Notes: generated by a model not told the origin, from the letters alone. A DNA stretch of 64,000 nucleotides from an uncultured Desulfobacteraceae bacterium (GCA_964431545.1 CAYSLC010000003.1:449-64448); one strand, 5' to 3'. Shown: positions 47,448 through 57,326, counted from the first letter of the stretch. Numbers and translations: made by a program.

Positions 47448-47523
47448 ACCGCCCGGTCGCAGGCCTCCGGCATGCCGCGGCGCGGTTTTGCGCGCCCGCC
47501 GAGGCCCGGAGAAGGGGGTGGAA

Positions 47524-49638
47524 TTATTTGCTGCTGAAGACGGTCACCGGATCCCACTCCTGATCCCCGGTGATCCCGCAGCACGCTTCCAGCCGTTCCA
47601 GGTAGAGCCGGGACGGCCCGTCGGCCGGGTTCCCCTCCAGCACACGCCGGAAGGCCCGGGCCGCCCCCTCCCACTCCCTTTTGCGGTAGAGCGCCAATCC
47701 GGCCTCGAAGTCGTCCACCATTGAGAGGGTCTCCGGGGCCGCATCCTCCCTGCGCCCCAGCAGCTCGAAAAGGTCGACCGCCTCCGCCCTTCCCTTGACC
47801 CGGACCCGGTCCAGCTCCCGGAGCAGAAACCGCCGGTCCAGCCGGGCGGCGGTGGACCCGGAGACGATGATCTCCGTGCCGTAAACCTTGTTCAAGCCCT
47901 CCAGGCGGGAGGCGAGGTTGACGGCGTCCCCGATCACCGTATAGTCCATGAAATCGTTGCTGCCCAGGTTCCCCACCGTGACCACCCCCGTGTTGATGCC
48001 GATGCCGAGCCGCAGGGAATCGATCCCCTCCACGGCCGCCTCCCCGCGAAGCTCGCGGAGCCGGCGGAGCATATGGACGGCCGCCTCGGCGGCCTGGGCG
48101 GGATGGTCCTCGACATCCACCGGCGCACCGAAGAACGCCATGATGGCGTCGCCGATCAACTTGTCCAGGGTGCCCCGATGCTGGAACACGATGGGGACCA
48201 TGTTGGAGAAATAGTGGTTGAGGAGCAGGCCCGTCCCCTTGGCGCCCAGGCGCTCGGAGATGGTGGTGAATTTCCGCAGATCGGAAAACAGGATGGTCAG
48301 CTCCTTGTGGCGCCCTTCCAGGTCGAGGTCGAGGTTGCCGCTGATCAGCTCCTCCACAACGCCGTAGGAGACGTACCGGCCGAACAGGGAGGTGACGAAG
48401 GAAGCCCGCCGCTGCTCGAAGATCTTCTGGGTGATCACCCCGCCGAGGTACTGGAGGCCCAGCACGGCCATGAGGGGCGCCGTGGGAATCCAGAGCCGTT
48501 TGTTCAGAAAAGCCAGATGGCCCATCCAGACCACCAGGCCGAGGCTCAGGAGAAGAAACACCGCGGCGCCGATCATGCCGAACCGGGGCAGGTAGAAGAG
48601 GACCCCGAGGATCCCCAGGAGCACGATCAGGGTCCGGACGAACGGCAACGAGAGCTTCCGGATAAACGCTCCGGAGAGCATGGTCTCCACCGCGTGGGCG
48701 TGGCAGGCGACCCCCAGTTCCTTGGCGCCGAGAACATCCCGCACGACGCTGCCGAAGATCTCCTTGTATTCGTCCGTGGGTTTCAGGAACCGGGTGTAGG
48801 GGGTGCTGAAGATATCCTTCTCGGTGGCGAGACTGCTGCCGAGGATCACCAGCTTCCCCCGGACCGCCTCCGGTGGGAAGTCGTCTTTCACAACGTCCAG
48901 AAAAGAGAGGATCGGAAAGATGCGGTGGTCTCCGCGGTAATCGATGATCAGCTCGGGATAGGGGATCAGCAGTTGTGAGGGGCCTTCCCGGCCCACGGCC
49001 AGGTGGTCCTCTCCGGAGAAATCGAAGGTGAAGTCGATATTGAGATAGGTTCTGGCAAGCTCCAGGGAAAAAGCGGGAAGGAGTTCCAGGTTTCCGTCGG
49101 ACAGCGGCTTGGCGTGGAGATACCGGACCCGTCTCAGGATCTCATCCTCGTCGAGGAAAAAATCGATGAATCCGTCTCCGATCATCGCCTCCTGGAAGGT
49201 GGGGATGGAGACCAGCTCCCCGCCGTAGGCGGAGGTGCCCCGGGCCAGGACCACGTTGTTGCACCGGTCCATGGCCGCGGCAAGCCCCCGGTCGGCGGTC
49301 GGATCGGGGTCCGGGGCCAGGAAGATCATGTCCATGCCGATGATTTCGGCGCCGGCCTCGCAGAGATGGTTCAGGGCCAGGGCCATGTGGCGCCGGGACC
49401 AGGAGGCCTTCTCCCGGCCCAGGGCCACGGCGCTCTCCTGGTCCATGAGCACCAGCACCACCTCCCCCGACGGCGCCGTCCGCCCCCGCCATTTGAAATG
49501 GAGGTCGAAGAGATACCCGTCGACCCACCGGAAGAGCCCCACCCGATGGCCCAGGAGAATCAACGCCACCACCGCCAGGGTGCACAGGGCGGAGGCGGCG
49601 ATCTGTACCCGATCGGTGCGGCCGTTTCGGGGGCTCAT
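47524..49638 (-). CDS. CHASE2-domain class III adenylate/guanylate cyclase
   Basis: N-terminal TM, CHASE2, 3 TM, then FSDLRKFT, DKLIGDAIMA, GINTG, DYTVIGDAVNLASRLEG. Confidence 0.93.
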   Translation of the reverse strand: MSPRNGRTDRVQIAASALCTLAVVALILLGHRVGLFRWVDGYLFDLHFKWRGRTAPSGEVVLVLMDQESAVALGREKASWSRRHMALALNHLCEAGAEIIGMDMIFLAPDPDPTADRGLAAAMDRCNNVVLARGTSAYGGELVSIPTFQEAMIGDGFIDFFLDEDEILRRVRYLHAKPLSDGNLELLPAFSLELARTYLNIDFTFDFSGEDHLAVGREGPSQLLIPYPELIIDYRGDHRIFPILSFLDVVKDDFPPEAVRGKLVILGSSLATEKDIFSTPYTRFLKPTDEYKEIFGSVVRDVLGAKELGVACHAHAVETMLSGAFIRKLSLPFVRTLIVLLGILGVLFYLPRFGMIGAAVFLLLSLGLVVWMGHLAFLNKRLWIPTAPLMAVLGLQYLGGVITQKIFEQRRASFVTSLFGRYVSYGVVEELISGNLDLDLEGRHKELTILFSDLRKFTTISERLGAKGTGLLLNHYFSNMVPIVFQHRGTLDKLIGDAIMAFFGAPVDVEDHPAQAAEAAVHMLRRLRELRGEAAVEGIDSLRLGIGINTGVVTVGNLGSNDFMDYTVIGDAVNLASRLEGLNKVYGTEIIVSGSTAARLDRRFLLRELDRVRVKGRAEAVDLFELLGRREDAAPETLSMVDDFEAGLALYRKREWEGAARAFRRVLEGNPADGPSRLYLERLEACCGITGDQEWDPVTVFSSK

Positions 49639-50657
49639 GGGGATCCCGTGGTCGCATCCGCAAAGAAAAAGGGCCCGCGCATCCCCTCGATCCCCCCCAG
49701 CGGGCTGTTGACCACGATGATCACCCGGCACTTTTTCAGGATCCTGGAGGAGACGTCCACCTTCTTCAGGTCCCTGGCATCCCCCTCGCTGACCACCAGG
49801 TTGGCCTTCATCAGCCCCTGGGCCGCCTTGACATCCTTCACCACATACTTCCGCCGTTTCCGGCGCCGGCTCCGATCCTGTTTCTCCTCCTTCCCCTCCT
49901 GGGCGATGGCGGGGGAGGGTCCGAGCCCGGACAGGACCCGATCGATCAGCCCCTCCAGATCGGACCGGTCCGCCCCCAGCCGGCCCGGTGGAAGGTCGGA
50001 GACGACGTACCGGGCCATCCCCCGCCGGGCCAGGGATTCCCGCCCCACCTCCTCGATACCGTAAACGGCCCGGCCGGCCTCATCCACCACCTGGGGGAAC
50101 AGGGCCGGGACGACCTCCTCGCCCCGGGCGTCGAGGACCAGCCAGGTCTCCGTCTCCGGTTCGGGCGCCGTCTCCGCCGACGGCTCGGGATAGGCTTCCC
50201 ACGCCACCCCGGCGGACCGGAAATGGTCGAGAAGCCTCGCGGTCAGCCCTTCGACCCCCTTGATGTCCGCCTTCCGGGTCACCTCGAAGTGAGGGCGGTC
50301 CGTCTCGCCCACGAACCGGTCCCCGGCCTCCTGGTACCGGATCAGGGCCCGCAGGTGGAGGGCGACCCGGCCGCCGCCCAGGCTCTTGACGGTCTCCCGG
50401 TCGTTGAGCCGGATGCCCGCCGCGAGCTTCAGAATCGACTGGAGGGCCGTGACCTGGGCCGCCCGGAAGGCGCGACCCTTATCGCCGCCGTTCCGGTCGA
50501 GGTACCCCTTGCCCACGCCGTAGATGACGCCGTCGTCCCAGTCGATCCGCCCGTCGGCGAAGGTCTCCACGAAAGGGGAGAACCGGTCCCCGGCATCGGC
50601 GGCCCGGCAGGGGAGCGTGAAACATACCAGCAGCAGGAGCAAGATTTGTTTTTGCAT
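49635..50657 (-). CDS. Secreted hypothetical protein (LPP20-like N-terminal region)
   Basis: Signal peptide MQKQILLLLLVCFTLPCRA. GRIDWDDG...RAAQV.A...I and LVLDARG...PALFP.V.DE.G motifs. Its stop overlaps the cyclase ATG. Confidence 0.75.
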   Translation of the reverse strand: MQKQILLLLLVCFTLPCRAADAGDRFSPFVETFADGRIDWDDGVIYGVGKGYLDRNGGDKGRAFRAAQVTALQSILKLAAGIRLNDRETVKSLGGGRVALHLRALIRYQEAGDRFVGETDRPHFEVTRKADIKGVEGLTARLLDHFRSAGVAWEAYPEPSAETAPEPETETWLVLDARGEEVVPALFPQVVDEAGRAVYGIEEVGRESLARRGMARYVVSDLPPGRLGADRSDLEGLIDRVLSGLGPSPAIAQEGKEEKQDRSRRRKRRKYVVKDVKAAQGLMKANLVVSEGDARDLKKVDVSSRILKKCRVIIVVNSPLGGIEGMRGPFFFADATTGSP

Positions 50658-50738
50658 GGCTTTATCCTCCTGAGGGTGGCGGGATCCATCATCCCTCACT
50701 TTTTATGGGAGATCCGTGTTTTTTGTCAAGGCGCCTTT

Positions 50739-50776
50739 TTCATCGAAATTTCACTTGTCCTTCGACATCTTTTCAT
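50739..50776 (+). promoter_or_regulatory. cre-tag-like array: four TTCA(C/T)-type pentamers at 11-bp period
   Basis: TTCAT-cgaaat-TTCAC-ttgtcc-TTCGA-catctt-TTCAT, 86 bp upstream of the VIT gene. The E. coli CreB site is TTCAC-N6-TTCAC. Confidence 0.6.
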
Positions 50777-50861
50777 CTGTGAAGGCGATGATGGGAGCCA
50801 AGAGAACGGAATCGAACGGTTCCCTTCGGATCTTTCACCTTTAATCCATAAGGAGGTCTTC

Positions 50862-52868
50862 ATGAAAACGACGGTGATGGCGATGGGCATGGTGCTGGCT
50901 TTGACCGCGACGGTCCCGGCCTATGGCGGGACGGCGGGGGATCGTACCCTCTCCCCCTACTTCTTCGTGGCGGGGGAGGACGCCGCCGTGGACCGGTTTC
51001 CCCTGCGCGACACCCAGGTGGCGGTCGAGATCAGCGGGGTGATCGCCCACGTGACGGTCCGTCAGGAGTATGTCAACGACGGCGCGACGGCGATCAACGC
51101 CCGGTACATCTTTCCGGGCTCCACCCGGGCCGCGGTCCACGGGATGAAGATGGTGGTCGGGGAACGGGTGATCACCGCCAGGATCGAGGAGAAGGAGGCG
51201 GCCCGACGGACCTTCGAGGCGGCCAAGCGGGCGGGCAAGCGGGCCTCCCTCCTGGAGCAACAGCGGCCCAACGTCTTCTCCATGGATGTGGCCAACATCA
51301 TGCCCGGCGATACCGTGGCGGTGGAACTCCGGTACACGGAGCTGCTGGTGCCCGAGGACGGCACCTATGAATTCGTCTATCCCACGGTTGTGGGGCCCCG
51401 ATATTCGAACATGCCCGAGGCCGGGGCACCGGCGGGCGAAAAATGGGTCAAGAACCCCTACCTCACCCCCGGCGCCGATCCCAAGACGACCTTCGACATC
51501 ACCGTCGGCCTCCATGCGGGCATGCCGCTCATGGACGCCACCTGCGCCTCCCACGAGACCGACATCACCTACGAGAGCCGGACCGAGGCGAAGGTCCGGC
51601 TGGCCGGGGGGTCGGAATTCGGGGGAGACCGGGACTTCATCCTCCGGTACCGGCTGGCCGACCGGAAGATCGCCTCGGGGCTCCTCCTCCAGGAGGGCGG
51701 GACGGAGAACTTCTTCCTCCTGATGGTCCAGCCGCCGGAGCGGGTGGCGGCCGCCGACATCCCGGACCGGGAGTACATCTTCGTGGTGGACGTCTCCGGC
51801 TCCATGAACGGCTTCCCCCTGGACACCGCCAAGACGCTTCTGCGGGACCTCATCGCCGGCCTCCGGACCACCGACCGGTTCAACGTGGTCCTCTTCGCCG
51901 GATCGTCCCGGACCCTGGCCGAGACCTCGCTGCCGGCGAGCCAGGCCAACGTGGACCGGGCCGTCCGGTTCATCGATGACCAGCGGGGGGGCGGGGGCAC
52001 CGAACTGCTCCGCGCCATGAACCGGGCCATGGCCCTGCCCCGGGCCGAGGGGGTCTCCCGGACCCTGGCGGTGGTGACCGATGGGTACATCCACGCGGAA
52101 CGGGAGGTCTTCGCCGCCATCCAGGAGAACCTCGGCGACGCCAACGTCTTCGCCTTCGGCATCGGGAGCAGCGTCAACCGGTTCCTCATCGAGGGGATGG
52201 CCCGATCGGGAGAAGGGGAGCCCTTCGTGGTGACCCGTCCGGCGGAAGCCCCGGCGGCCGCCGAGAAGTTTCGGTCGTACATCTCCGCCCCGGTCCTCGC
52301 CGGCATCGGGATCGACTTCGACGGATTCGACGCCTTTGACGTCTCCCCCCCGGCGATCCCCGACCTCTTCGCCCAACGGCCGGTGGTCGTGGTCGGCAAG
52401 TGGCGGGGGGAACGGGCCGGGACCATCCGGGTCACCGGAACCACGGGGGACGGCCCCTACCGCCGGGAGTTTCCCGTGGCGGAGACCGCCGTCGACCACA
52501 CCGACGGCGCCCTCCGGTACCTCTGGGCCCGGGACCGGATCGCCCGCCTCTCCGACTTCAACCCAAACAAAGGCAACCCGGAGAACCGGTCGGAGATCGT
52601 CTCCCTGGGGCTCACCTACAACCTGCTCACCGCCTACACCTCCTTTGTGGCGGTGGACGAGGTGGTGGCCAACCCGACGGGGGAAGCGGACGACGTCAAA
52701 CAGCCGCTGCCGCTGCCCAAGAACGTCTCGCCTTTGGCCGTGGGCGGCGGCATGTCGAGCGTGCCGGAGCCGGACCTCTATCTCCTGGCCGTCGCCGCCC
52801 TGGCGCTGATGCTCCTGGGCCGGTGGAAGCGGCTGTGGGGGACCCGGCGCCGGACGGAGAGATCATGA
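50862..52868 (+). CDS. Secreted VIT + VWA domain protein with PEP-CTERM sorting signal
   Basis: AGGAGG RBS, signal peptide, VIT domain, MIDAS DVSGS, C-terminal VPEP + TM + basic tail (RWKR..RRR). Confidence 0.92.
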   Translation: MKTTVMAMGMVLALTATVPAYGGTAGDRTLSPYFFVAGEDAAVDRFPLRDTQVAVEISGVIAHVTVRQEYVNDGATAINARYIFPGSTRAAVHGMKMVVGERVITARIEEKEAARRTFEAAKRAGKRASLLEQQRPNVFSMDVANIMPGDTVAVELRYTELLVPEDGTYEFVYPTVVGPRYSNMPEAGAPAGEKWVKNPYLTPGADPKTTFDITVGLHAGMPLMDATCASHETDITYESRTEAKVRLAGGSEFGGDRDFILRYRLADRKIASGLLLQEGGTENFFLLMVQPPERVAAADIPDREYIFVVDVSGSMNGFPLDTAKTLLRDLIAGLRTTDRFNVVLFAGSSRTLAETSLPASQANVDRAVRFIDDQRGGGGTELLRAMNRAMALPRAEGVSRTLAVVTDGYIHAEREVFAAIQENLGDANVFAFGIGSSVNRFLIEGMARSGEGEPFVVTRPAEAPAAAEKFRSYISAPVLAGIGIDFDGFDAFDVSPPAIPDLFAQRPVVVVGKWRGERAGTIRVTGTTGDGPYRREFPVAETAVDHTDGALRYLWARDRIARLSDFNPNKGNPENRSEIVSLGLTYNLLTAYTSFVAVDEVVANPTGEADDVKQPLPLPKNVSPLAVGGGMSSVPEPDLYLLAVAALALMLLGRWKRLWGTRRRTERS

Positions 52869-53638
52869 TGAAGGGGCCGAACCCAAAGACGGGCCGCCGG
52901 CTGGCGGCGGCCCTCCTCGCCTGCCTGACGGCCCTCGGGATCGCCTACGGGCTCAAGCGCCACTACAGTCGGGCCGGGGGGGAGGCGCTCGCCTGGATCC
53001 TCCGCCCCACGGCCGGGCTGGTGGAGATCCTCTCCGGCATCCCCTTCGAACCCGAAGGGGATGCCGGATACCTCAACCGGGAGCGCCGGGTCTTCATCGC
53101 CCCGGCCTGCGCCGGGGTCAACTTCCTGATCATCGCCTTCTGCGCGGCGGCCTTCTCCGGCGTTTTCCGGCTCCGGCGGCCGTCGTGGCGGTTCCTTTGG
53201 ATCGGGATCAGCCTCCTGTGGGCATACGCCGCGACCCTCTGGGTCAACGCCCTGCGGATCACGGCCTCCATCCACCTCTACGGCGCGGACATCTACGCCG
53301 GCGGGATCACCCCGGACCGGGTCCACCGGATCGGGGGGACGGCCCTCTACGTCCTCTTCCTCTTCGGGTTCCACCTCGGGATCCGCCGGCTCCTCGACCG
53401 GATCGCGCCGGAGGACGGCCGGGATCCGCCCCGGCGAAGGCTTCCCGCCGGGCTCGCCCCCCTCTTCTGGTACCTGGCGGTGGTCCTGGGGATCCCGCTT
53501 TTCACCGCCGCCTTCCGGGAGGATCCGGGACGGTTCACCGAACACGCCCTGATGGTGGTCGCGGTGAGCCTGGGGATCTGGGCCTTGACACTTCTGCTCG
53601 GATGGGGTTTGAAGCGGGGGAGAGCCGGTACGGGGTGA
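52865..53638 (+). CDS. xrtK: Exosortase K-type intramembrane transpeptidase
   Basis: LKRHYS.A....L.WILRPTA.LV, IAPACAGVNF (catalytic Cys), NALRI (Arg), VHRIGG (His). ATGA overlap with the VIT gene. Confidence 0.82.
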   Translation: MMKGPNPKTGRRLAAALLACLTALGIAYGLKRHYSRAGGEALAWILRPTAGLVEILSGIPFEPEGDAGYLNRERRVFIAPACAGVNFLIIAFCAAAFSGVFRLRRPSWRFLWIGISLLWAYAATLWVNALRITASIHLYGADIYAGGITPDRVHRIGGTALYVLFLFGFHLGIRRLLDRIAPEDGRDPPRRRLPAGLAPLFWYLAVVLGIPLFTAAFREDPGRFTEHALMVVAVSLGIWALTLLLGWGLKRGRAGTG

Positions 53639-53671
53639 AGCGCCGGCGTCAACCGCCAAAGGAGGTCGCCC

Positions 53672-54355
53672 ATGAAACCGAAGATCCTGATCGTGGAGGA
53701 TGAGCCGGCCATCGCCGACGCCATCCAGTACGCCCTGGAGACCGACGGCTTCGACACCGCCTGCCTCGCCGCCGGAGGGCCGGCCCTCCCCCTGCTGGCC
53801 GGGGAGCGGATCGACCTGGTGGTCCTCGACATCGGCCTGCCGGACGTAAACGGCATCGAACTGTGCAAGGAGATCCGGAAGACCTCCCAGGTGCCCGTGA
53901 TCTTTCTGACGGCCCGGTCCGACGAGATCGACCGGGTGGTGGGCCTGGAGATCGGGGGCGACGACTACGTCACCAAGCCCTTCAGCCCCCGGGAGCTGGC
54001 GGCCCGGGTCAAGGCGGTGCTCCGTCGGGTCCGGCCGGCGGCGGATCCCCCGGACCCGTCCCCGCCCCCCTTCGCCGTGGACGAGGCCAAGCGGCGGATC
54101 GCCTTCTTCGGGGTCCATCTCGACCTTTCCCGGTATGAATACAAACTCCTGACGGTCTTCATCCGGCGGCCGGGGCGGGTCTTCACCCGGGACAACCTCA
54201 TGGACCAGGCCTGGGACGAGCCCGAGGCGAGCATGGACCGGACCGTGGACGCCCACATCAAGAACCTCCGGGCCAAGCTCCGGGCGGTGCGTCCGGATCT
54301 CGACCCCATCGTCACCCACCGGGGGACGGGCTATTCCCTGCGGGAGGACCTATGA
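53672..54355 (+). CDS. creB: Response regulator CreB (OmpR family)
   Basis: ILIVEDEPAIADAIQYALETDGF, LDIGLPD, EIDRVVGLEIGGDDYVTKPFSPRE, DRTVDAHIK.LR.KLR, THRGTGYSL. Confidence 0.88.
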   Translation: MKPKILIVEDEPAIADAIQYALETDGFDTACLAAGGPALPLLAGERIDLVVLDIGLPDVNGIELCKEIRKTSQVPVIFLTARSDEIDRVVGLEIGGDDYVTKPFSPRELAARVKAVLRRVRPAADPPDPSPPPFAVDEAKRRIAFFGVHLDLSRYEYKLLTVFIRRPGRVFTRDNLMDQAWDEPEASMDRTVDAHIKNLRAKLRAVRPDLDPIVTHRGTGYSLREDL

Positions 54356-55797
54356 GGCTCGGCACCCGGATCTTCTTCTGCTACCTGGTGATCTTCGCCG
54401 TCTGCTTCGCCTCCCCCTTCAACTGGATCCTGGACACCCTCCGGATCCGGTACCTGGAGGGGGTGGAGGACCCCCTGGTGGACCAGGCGAACATCCTGGC
54501 CGCACGGGCGGGGATGGAGATGGCGGCGGACGCCTTCGACCCGGAGCGGTGGTACGCGCTCTTCGAGCGGATCTCGGCCCGTCCCCTCTCCGCCCGGATC
54601 TACAAGCTGACCAAGGAGTCGGTGGACCAGCGGATCTACATCACCGACGGGGCCGGGAGGATCGTCTTCGACTCCGACTCCCGGAAGACCCTGGGGGAGG
54701 ACTATTCCACCTGGCGGGACGTCCGCTTGACCCTGCGCGGGGAGTACGGGGCCCGGACGACGCTCCAGGACGAATCGGACCCCACCTCGTCGGTCCTCTA
54801 CGTGGCCGCCCCCATCCTCGTGGACGGCGCCGTCGCCGGCGTGCTGACGGTGGCCAAACCCACCACCAACATCAAGTACTTCCTCCAGAAAGCGAAACCC
54901 CAGTTCGCGGTGATCGGCCTGCTCTACCTGTCGGCCGCGGCCCTGTTGAGCTTCCTGGTCTCCTTTCTCCTCACCCGGCCCATCAGCCGGCTGACCCAAT
55001 ACGCCCGGGACATCCGGGACGGCAAGCGCCCCGAGTTCCCGAGGCTCGACAGCAGCGAGATCGGGGAGATGGGGGCCGCCTTCGGGGAGATGAAGGAGGC
55101 CCTGGAGGGCAAACGGTACGTGGAGCAGTACGTCCAGAACCTCACCCACGAGATCAAGAGCCCCCTGTCGGCGATCCGGGGGGCGGCGGAGCTGATGGCC
55201 GAGCCCATGGATCCGGACCGCCACGCCCGGTTTCTGTCCAACATCGACGCCGAGGCCCGGCGGATCCAGCGGATCGTCGACCGGATGCTGGAACTCTCGG
55301 CCCTGGAAAACCGAAAGAAGCTCCAAAAGGTGGAAACCGTCTCCCTTTCCACGCTGACCAGCACGGTCCTGGAGAGCAAGGAGCCGGCGGTTTCCAAAAA
55401 GCGGCTCACCGTGGTCCGGGAGATCCCCCGGGACCTGACGGTCCGGGGGGACGCCTTCCTGCTCCACCAGGCGGTCTCCAACCTGATCCAGAACGCCGTG
55501 GATTTCAGCCCGGAGGAGGGCCGGATCGTCCTGTCCGCCGAGACCGACGGCAAAACCCTCCGGTTCACCGTAACCGACGAGGGGCCCGGCGTGCCCCCCT
55601 ACGCCCTGGAGAAGATCTTCCACAAGTTCTTCTCCCTCCAGCGTCCCGACACCGGCAAGAAGAGCACCGGCCTCGGCCTCAACTTCGTCCGGGAGGTGGC
55701 GGTCCTGCACGGCGGCGGGGTGCGGCTGGAGAACCGGGAGGTGCAAGGGGTCCGGGCGGTGATGGAGATCGACGGCCACGTCCGGGCCGGGACTTGA
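54352..55797 (+). CDS. creC: Sensor histidine kinase CreC
   Basis: MRLGTRIF..Y, GVEDPLVD.AN.LA, DVRLTLRGEYGAR.T, LYVAAP, LTVAKP (CreC-type periplasmic motifs). H-box LTHEIKSP, GLGL. Confidence 0.9.
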   Translation: MRLGTRIFFCYLVIFAVCFASPFNWILDTLRIRYLEGVEDPLVDQANILAARAGMEMAADAFDPERWYALFERISARPLSARIYKLTKESVDQRIYITDGAGRIVFDSDSRKTLGEDYSTWRDVRLTLRGEYGARTTLQDESDPTSSVLYVAAPILVDGAVAGVLTVAKPTTNIKYFLQKAKPQFAVIGLLYLSAAALLSFLVSFLLTRPISRLTQYARDIRDGKRPEFPRLDSSEIGEMGAAFGEMKEALEGKRYVEQYVQNLTHEIKSPLSAIRGAAELMAEPMDPDRHARFLSNIDAEARRIQRIVDRMLELSALENRKKLQKVETVSLSTLTSTVLESKEPAVSKKRLTVVREIPRDLTVRGDAFLLHQAVSNLIQNAVDFSPEEGRIVLSAETDGKTLRFTVTDEGPGVPPYALEKIFHKFFSLQRPDTGKKSTGLGLNFVREVAVLHGGGVRLENREVQGVRAVMEIDGHVRAGT

Positions 55798-55900
55798 ATG
55801 GGGGGACGACCATCAGTGCGTCGAGATCGAAACCGTGGTCAGCTCACCAGCAAATCCGATGCCCGAAGGTCCGATCGATGCGATTTTTGCAACGGCTTCC

Positions 55901-55928
55901 TTGACAGTTTTCATGCGTCGTGTATTGT
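55901..55928 (+). promoter_or_regulatory. Candidate sigma70 promoter of the RHH-PIN module
   Basis: TTGACA-N16-TATTGT followed by an AGGAGG RBS and ATG 55954. Confidence 0.5.
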
Positions 55929-55953
55929 AGTGGAGTAAAGGAGGAGATTTTCC

Positions 55954-56172
55954 ATGAGAACCGTTCTTTCCGTGAGTCTTCCGGAAAAATTGGCAAAGGA
56001 GCTGGATGTTTTCGCCGGAGAGATGGGGCGGAATAAAAGCGACATTCTGAGAGAGTCCCTGGGGCTCTATCTCTGGGAGGCGAAAATGCGCAAGGCGCGG
56101 CAGTTCTTCTATCCGAAAGCGAAAGCCGAGGGTTTTCTGACGGAGGAGGAGATGTTGGAACGTATCTCTTGA
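55954..56172 (+). CDS. CopG/RHH antitoxin
   Basis: MRTVLSVSLPEKLAKELD..A...GRNKSDILRESL. Confidence 0.85.
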   Translation: MRTVLSVSLPEKLAKELDVFAGEMGRNKSDILRESLGLYLWEAKMRKARQFFYPKAKAEGFLTEEEMLERIS

Positions 56173-56573
56173 ATGTGGTCTTGGACACGAATGTCTTGCT
56201 GTCCGCTTTTCTGACGGACGGCATTTGTGCGCGTATATTGAAGAGGGCTCGCCACCGTCAGCTCTCCTTCGTTCTTTGTGCTTCCGTGCTTCAGGAAACA
56301 AAAAGGCTGCTGGGAACCAAATTTTCACTCACGGAGAAGGAGATTGACTTTTTTGTTTCCCTCCTTTCGGAAGCCGCGGAGAAAGAGCACCATCCGGCAG
56401 GCGTTATTTCCGGCGTCTGTCGGGATCCGGATGATGACTGGGTCCTTCTTTGCGCCGTTGAGGCGGGTGCGGACTTTCTTGTAACCGGAGACAACGATCT
56501 TCTGGTATTGAATGAATATCGGAAAACGAAGATTCTGAGACCGAGGGGTTTTGAGTTGCTTTTCCGGGATTGA
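56169..56573 (+). CDS. PIN family toxin component
   Basis: VVLDTNVLLSA, CRDPDDD..L.CA....ADFLVTGDNDLL.L. TTGA overlap with the antitoxin. Confidence 0.9.
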   Translation: MNVVLDTNVLLSAFLTDGICARILKRARHRQLSFVLCASVLQETKRLLGTKFSLTEKEIDFFVSLLSEAAEKEHHPAGVISGVCRDPDDDWVLLCAVEAGADFLVTGDNDLLVLNEYRKTKILRPRGFELLFRD

Positions 56574-56598
56574 ACCTGGATCTCAAACATCGCTGAAC

Positions 56599-56642
56599 CC
56601 CAGACCTCCGAGGTTTTCGAAACCTCGGAGGTCTTTGACGGA
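56599..56642. repeat. Dispersed 44-bp palindromic repeat, copy 2 (may act as terminator)
   Basis: AGACCTCCGAGGTTTTCGAAACCTCGGAGGTCT hairpin. Inverse copy of 2050-2093. Confidence 0.75.
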
Positions 56643-56732
56643 GGCGAGCGGACACTGAGCGAGGCAGAGGTTCAATCATGACCGCAGGCTCCGGCGAAGA
56701 ACCACGCCTGTGAACGAAGAAAGGAGTAGAGG

Positions 56733-57326
56733 ATGAAGACACGCCCGATGATCTGTCTCTGTGCCGCGACCGTGGCGCTGCTGTTCCCGGGGTGCGCCAA
56801 GGAGAGCGGGCTTTTCAGGCCCGAAGCGTATGAGGTCGTCTACGCCGAACCCGCCGGTGAACCCACCGACCCCTCCCCCCTCGATCAGATGCCCTGGACG
56901 GCCGATGTCACCCGGGTCACCCGCCCCGCCTCCGGCGCCGACGAGGTGCTTCACGCGGTGCGGGTGGGCCGGCACCAGGGGTTCGACCGGCTGGTCTTCG
57001 AGTTCAAGGAGGGCCGGATCCCCGGCCACCATATCGAGTATGTCGACCAGCCGGTCCGGGAGTGCGGCTCCGGCCGCCCGGTGGAAGTGCCCGGGGATGC
57101 CCGGCTGATGGTGCGTCTGTTGTCGACCCAGGCCCACACGGAGGGCGGGGAGAACACGGTCGGCGACCGGGAGCGGCAATACAACCTGCGGGTGATCCGC
57201 GAACTGGAGTTGATCTGTGATGCCGAAGGGGTTGTGGAGTGGGTCCTGGGCGTCTCCGGCCCCAACGGATATCGGGCATTTGAACTGAACGCCCCTTCCA
57301 GGCTGGTGGTGGACCTGCGCCACTAG
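56733..57326 (+). CDS. Lipoprotein with AMIN-like domain
   Basis: Lipobox LLFPGC. VRVGRHQGFDRLVFEF, CGSG..V, PSRLVVDL motifs. Confidence 0.75.
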   Translation: MKTRPMICLCAATVALLFPGCAKESGLFRPEAYEVVYAEPAGEPTDPSPLDQMPWTADVTRVTRPASGADEVLHAVRVGRHQGFDRLVFEFKEGRIPGHHIEYVDQPVRECGSGRPVEVPGDARLMVRLLSTQAHTEGGENTVGDRERQYNLRVIRELELICDAEGVVEWVLGVSGPNGYRAFELNAPSRLVVDLRH

